Source: Paraspadella gotoi (lineage: Eukaryota > Animalia > Chaetognatha). Taken from it: a stretch of DNA of 64,000 bases. The notes below the pieces were generated by a model that saw nothing but the letters and a program-made list of their open reading frames with translations, made no database searches and had not been told where the DNA came from. Below are positions 59,525-64,000 of the stretch, one piece after another. Both the position numbers and the translations under genes were made by a program. The stretch spans positions 689,601-753,600 of the forward strand of contig CM119267.1 in NCBI GenBank assembly GCA_051294375.1. Direction: 5' to 3'. Every line of letters starts with the position of its first letter. Within the stretch, counting starts at the first letter, position 1.

Positions 59525-60771
59525 CTAACCTAACGACGGAGCGACGTTCCCTTCCGATCTTCGTCGTCTTAGCAACGTCGGCCTCAACGGATGCGACGAC
59601 CTCCTTGAGCAACTCCGCCTTCAACGACCCTTCAGCGATTTTGGCCAACAACTCTTGCATCATCTGCAACGCGGAGCCGTCCCCACCCGCCCGCGCCAGC
59701 AGCCCCTTCAGCCGCAGCAGGAACTCAGTCTCCGCCGGCGTCAAAGTCTCCGTCCAACGGGCGGCGCCGCGGCCGGAAACGGTGAGGAAGCGTCGCGTTT
59801 CGTTGGCGACGGCGACGCGGGTGACGTCTCCGGGCGCCACGCCGAAGACGCCGCACAAGGTCGTCCAGAAGGCGTGGGTGTCGGCGTTCAATTCTTGATC
59901 AAGGATGAGGGCGCGAGACTCGTCGTCGAAAAGAGAATGGAATGGAAGGCGGGAGGAAGCGAAGGAAGAGGAGGAGCAAGAATCGGTCGTCAGAGCAAGC
60001 TCGTCGGGGGAGGGCTCACCGATTCGAACGTATTCCTGACGAATGTGGATCGGGAGGATGACATAAGAATGATGTCATGATATAAGTTGAGATAATGTGA
60101 TTTTATACAATGACTACAGTTTACAGTAACTACAGTTTATAGTAACATTATAGCACTTATCAATAGTGAAGCCAAGGACTGACAGCTTTGTTTAAAAGCT
60201 TGAAGTGTCAAGTTAGGAAATCTTGCAAAGGAATAGCCTGTCCCAAGTCAAAAAGCAAGAAAGTATGGCAAATTGGCAACAGCCGGGTTGCCTGTGATGC
60301 CCATTGGGATGGGGCATCTCAGTTGGCTTTGGGGGCTTCCGACCCTCAGTGACGCATCCAGTCACTGGCGCGGTTACCCTAGGACGGTCTCGCTTTGTCA
60401 ACGCAGAGGAAAGTCGTTAGGACTGGATGAAACACTACGCCTGGGATGGATTTGGCTGATGGATGGTGGACGTGAGGCGGTGTGAATATACCGCCACAAT
60501 AGCTTATTTTAAATTATGAAAAGATTATTTTCAAATTGTTTGTATCAATTTTATGAGATGAGTAGATGAGAGTGGATTCCATTCAACTTTCACCACTCAC
60601 AAGCCCTCAGCTGCCCTCACCTTCAAAAGATCCAAAACGAGGCTCCTCTTCTCCAACTTGCGTCTCTCCTTCTCGAGTCCCGACGCCAGCGCCGCTTCTG
60701 ATGCCGCGTGGAGAAGAAAGAAGAGAAGAGAGTAATCATAGGGGGAGACACGAGTGAGTTGATCCTGAGGA

Positions 60772-60824
<53 letters not shown>

Positions 60825-62407
60825 TAAAAAGAATTGAGAGGAAGAGAGAATATCGATTCGAAGGAAAGAATGACCAGAATAGAAAGAAACGGGTCCGCCC
60901 CCCCCACCTGTGCCCAATTAAAGACGCTCCTCTGATCAGTGACGAAGGACAGGGCCTCTTCCGCGCGGCCGGCGAAACGCGAGAACCCTTTATTGTTGTT
61001 GTTGTTGTTCTCATTTTTGTTGTTGTTGTTAGCTTCGAGATAAGATTCGACGATTTTTCCAAGAAATTTCAAGATATAAAAATCCGGTTTTTCTTGAGGC
61101 GAAAAATCTGAGCAAAAATCGAGAATGAGTTTGACGTCGACGCCGTCGTCGTTGTTATCGATGAGGTCTTCGAGCAGACGAATCTTCTTGTAGTTTTCTT
61201 TGTTGACGCAATCCTTGAAGTCTTTGACGCCGATCTTGGACAAACGATATCCCCAACGGGCGTCGACTCTCAGCCTCTCCGCTCTCTTCACTTTGACTGG
61301 GTTGGACTCCAAGCGGCCGAGGTCTCCGCAGATTTCAGCGATTTCTCCGAGACGCTTGAAGCTTTGCGACTTGACGGCGGATTGGGCCAACTCTACTAAG
61401 AGCTTCTCCGCGTCCTCGGCCGACATCTTGGTGAGGACGGAGACTACGTCGAGACGGTCCACGCAGCCGGACATGACGAGGCGCTTGACCGAGTCACGAC
61501 AGACGCGGGCGAAGTAGGAGCGGAGGATGTGGCGGCGCTTGAGCGAGCACGAGGATTCTGTTTCGACGGACGAAGAGTTTGATTCGATCAAAGACTCGAG
61601 ATCGGCGAGAAGGAAAAGCGCTAAATTGGAAAGGGATGAGGAGCAGAGACAGTCGAGGATCTCCTTTGCGGCGTCAAAGAGACCTTCGTGGGTGGCATCG
61701 AGATCAGAGCCGGAAAAGACGCCGAGTTGCGACGCCCTGTCGAGGTAATGAAGGAGCGCCGGCGCCAATTCTTGTTCTAATTCGAATCCAACCGATTTGC
61801 CCAAATCTTTGGCGATTTCGGGGAAGAGAATCGTCGCCATAGATTCTGCGTCGTCGTCGTCGTTTTCGTCATCGTCGTCGAGACCCATTCGATCGAAACA
61901 ATCCAATACGAGGTGCAAGCGACGCTGAATCTCTTGAAAAGCAACGAGCCATCGACCCTCGGCGCGGAGAAGAACGGCCGATGCCATCCGACGCAGTCCG
62001 GACAATCGGAGGCGAATCTCGAATGGGACAGTGGACGACGACGACGAAGACGACAAGGCGCGGATGAACCCAACGACGAAATCTTGGAGCGATCGAAAGA
62101 ATTTGTCCGCGCGAATCAAAGATGATGAAGAATCGACTAAGGATCGAGCCAATCTGTCGACAAGACTCATCGTCGTCGTCCAATCAGGAGACGATGAGAG
62201 ACTCCTCTCGGCCAATGAGAGAAGAGCTCGCGTCAATGAGAGGCCGAGACCGAAACTCAACTCGATCGCTCGTTCAACATCAAGAGTCGGGAAGAGGAAG
62301 AGAAAAAGTTCATCGGAAGAAACAGAACATTGAGAGAGACGGACATCGATGCCCGTCCGTAGGGCAACCTGAGGAATCGTGGGGAGGGAACACAAAATAT
62401 GAATCTT

Positions 62408-62493
<86 letters not shown>

Positions 62494-63775
62494 AAACCTT
62501 TAGCCTGGCCATCTCCGTCACAAGGCCGGCGTAATATTCCCTTTCCCAAGGATCGTCGTCTGCCTCTTTCAAAAACTCGGCGGCGCGCGATGCCGCCTCC
62601 AGATGACGCCGCTTCCAGTCGCGGGCGGCGTCGTTGGACGCGCCGGCGTCGAGGATGGAGATGAAGAGGAGGCGTCTAGCGATGGAGACGGCGAAGGCGG
62701 CGCCGCGAGATCGGCGAAGAAAGAAGAGCAGGGACCCGATTCTGATTAAAGTTTGATTAGTAAGAATTCAACAATCCTTTACAGAGGGCTTCATATGATA
62801 ATAATGTAATCATTGTGTGAAATCCTATCTTTTCGTCGCGTTATTGTAATTAGAAAAAAGTATGAATTGTTCTCAGCAATAATTTTTTTTTTAACTACAT
62901 GATATTGTACTAATTCAACAATCCTTTAATATCAAATCGATGGCAATTATCACAACAACAACAACAACAACAACCTCTTTTCCAACCTGTCGTATTCTTC
63001 CTCGAGGATCCAAAGGTTCATCTTCCAAACGAAGACTCGATCAGCTCCGAAATCTCCGCCCACGACTTCAACGAAGAAGAGGGCGTCGTCGAGGGCCTCG
63101 TCGACGCCGCTGGAAAGGATTCGCTTGACGGCTTTTTCCGGATTCTTCGTCGCCGCCTCCAACAGCCCGTCGAGGCCGTAGGGACGCAGCCGGGCGCGGA
63201 GCTTCGTCACGGAGATCATCCGCTTGAGGGACTCAACGAGTGGATCGTCGTCCAAGAGGAGACATTCATCCACCGTCGCGGACAACGAGGAATTCCAAGG
63301 AAGAGACACGATTTGAAGGCCGTGGATCAGGGCAGAGATTTTTAAGGCTTAAGGAGAGAAAACTTCTTTTATCTTATTTGCATATTGCAGTATATAAAGA
63401 GTTTTGAAATAATTTCACTTTGTAATTGCATTTTCTAATTTTAATGTTTGGGGAAATCATAGCCTTTTAAAATCACCCTTCAATAGGAACACCACGACAT
63501 AACTGTCTCACCTTTATTCTGAATGAAACCCAAAACGACGCAGACTGTTTCCTCGACGGTTTCGTCCATAGACCCAACGCACCCTTCAGCCGACAACTCC
63601 TTCAAGAACTCTGTTAGGACGGCGTCGCGACTAAGGCTAGCGTCGGCGAGGAACTTGGAGAGGACGCCCCGCTGCAGCTCGGAGGAGATGTAGCGGGCGC
63701 AGCCGACGCGGCGGAGCATCGAGGAGGCGATGGAGAGGTTGCTGAGGAGAATGTTCATAGACGGACTTAGTCGGC
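56972..63775 (-). CDS. KNTC1: Kinetochore-associated protein 1 / Rough deal (RZZ complex), 3' part; 5' exons lie outside the window
   Basis: Exons ~63775-63512, 63347-62987, 62741-62498, 62368-60908, 60764-60621, 60035-59530, 59211-58962, 58884-58618, 58112-57963, 57882-57706, 57504-57354 and 57186-56972 join in phase. Motifs LPWN...LRPYG, VDARWGYRLSKIG, SPYDY, RLPFH, NLRRAIFLL and AVRLARDLCLEYEI match Rod/KNTC1. Confidence 0.88.
58289..58643 (-). repeat. 32-bp tandem repeat x ~11 made of a KNTC1 exon end plus 5' splice site
   Basis: Minus-strand unit GTAGAAGACGAGGAGATGCTGGAG|gtgagatg. The first copy is the coding end (VEDEEMLE) of exon 58884-58618. Confidence 0.92.
60274..60480. repeat. Longer copy of the structured dispersed repeat, in a KNTC1 intron
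   Basis: Shares 60274-60377 with 43129-43230 and continues with GC-rich sequence containing gactggatg, complementary to catccagtc. Confidence 0.7.
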
Positions 63776-63835
63776 CTCGTGATGTCATTTACAAATTATC
63801 AGACAGCCAACGAATCACAGACCTTATAACAACCT

Positions 63836-64000
63836 CAGTTCTTAGGAGGCGTGGGTTCGAATCTTACCGCTGCTACCACATTTTAGTAGACAGGGATTTC
63901 TCGGCAAAACCAAAGTGAAAATAGACAGAGAAGGACGGTGTCAATTTTTTGACAGTTATATATATATATATATACAGTTCAAACGGATCAAAGACACGGG
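63836..64000 (-). mobile_element. Second LTR-end/tRNA-Leu 3'-half chimera (same family as 25364-25738), truncated by the window edge
   Basis: cagttcttaggaggcgtgggttcgaatcttaccgctgctacca followed by cattttagta...gacggtgtcaattttt...atacagttcaaacggatc, homologous to 25441-25590. Confidence 0.65.

Noticed and set aside
57020-63128. Numerous plus-strand ORFs antisense to KNTC1 and PTRH2
   Set aside because: Shadow ORFs of GC-rich coding exons and microsatellites.

Overview
AT-rich, repeat-rich eukaryotic (metazoan-type) genomic scaffold with several N gaps (190-599, 11388-11412, 27211-27680, 27999-28388, 28476-28811, 29800-29949, 50134-50233 and smaller ones). Host genes reconstructed by hand: a multi-exon mitochondrial-clan cytochrome P450 (+, 13922-32483); a Fringe-family glycosyltransferase (+, 38234-39632); a CD225/dispanin membrane protein (-, 42180-44775); transformer-2 (-, 47440-55262), possibly with an upstream SAM-domain exon; PTRH2 (-, 56243-56737); and the 3' part of KNTC1/Rod (-, 56972 to beyond 63775). 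Introns and intergenic DNA hold Helentron/DINE-1-like elements, hAT, Kolobok-, Tc1/mariner- and EnSpm-like non-autonomous elements and minisatellites. The most unusual observations are: (1) a 3.8-kb LTR-bounded element with no pol, carrying a Ran-binding-domain-like/TQT-motif ORF; (2) three related LTR insertions sharing non-canonical CA...G termini, a C(T/C)AT 4-bp target duplication and a tRNA-complementary PBS abutting the LTR; (3) recurrent tandem amplification of exon-intron junctions in four genes; (4) a twister-ribozyme-like motif; and (5) an operon-like KNTC1-PTRH2-SAM/tra2 cluster. All calls come from reading the sequence by eye; no searches were run.
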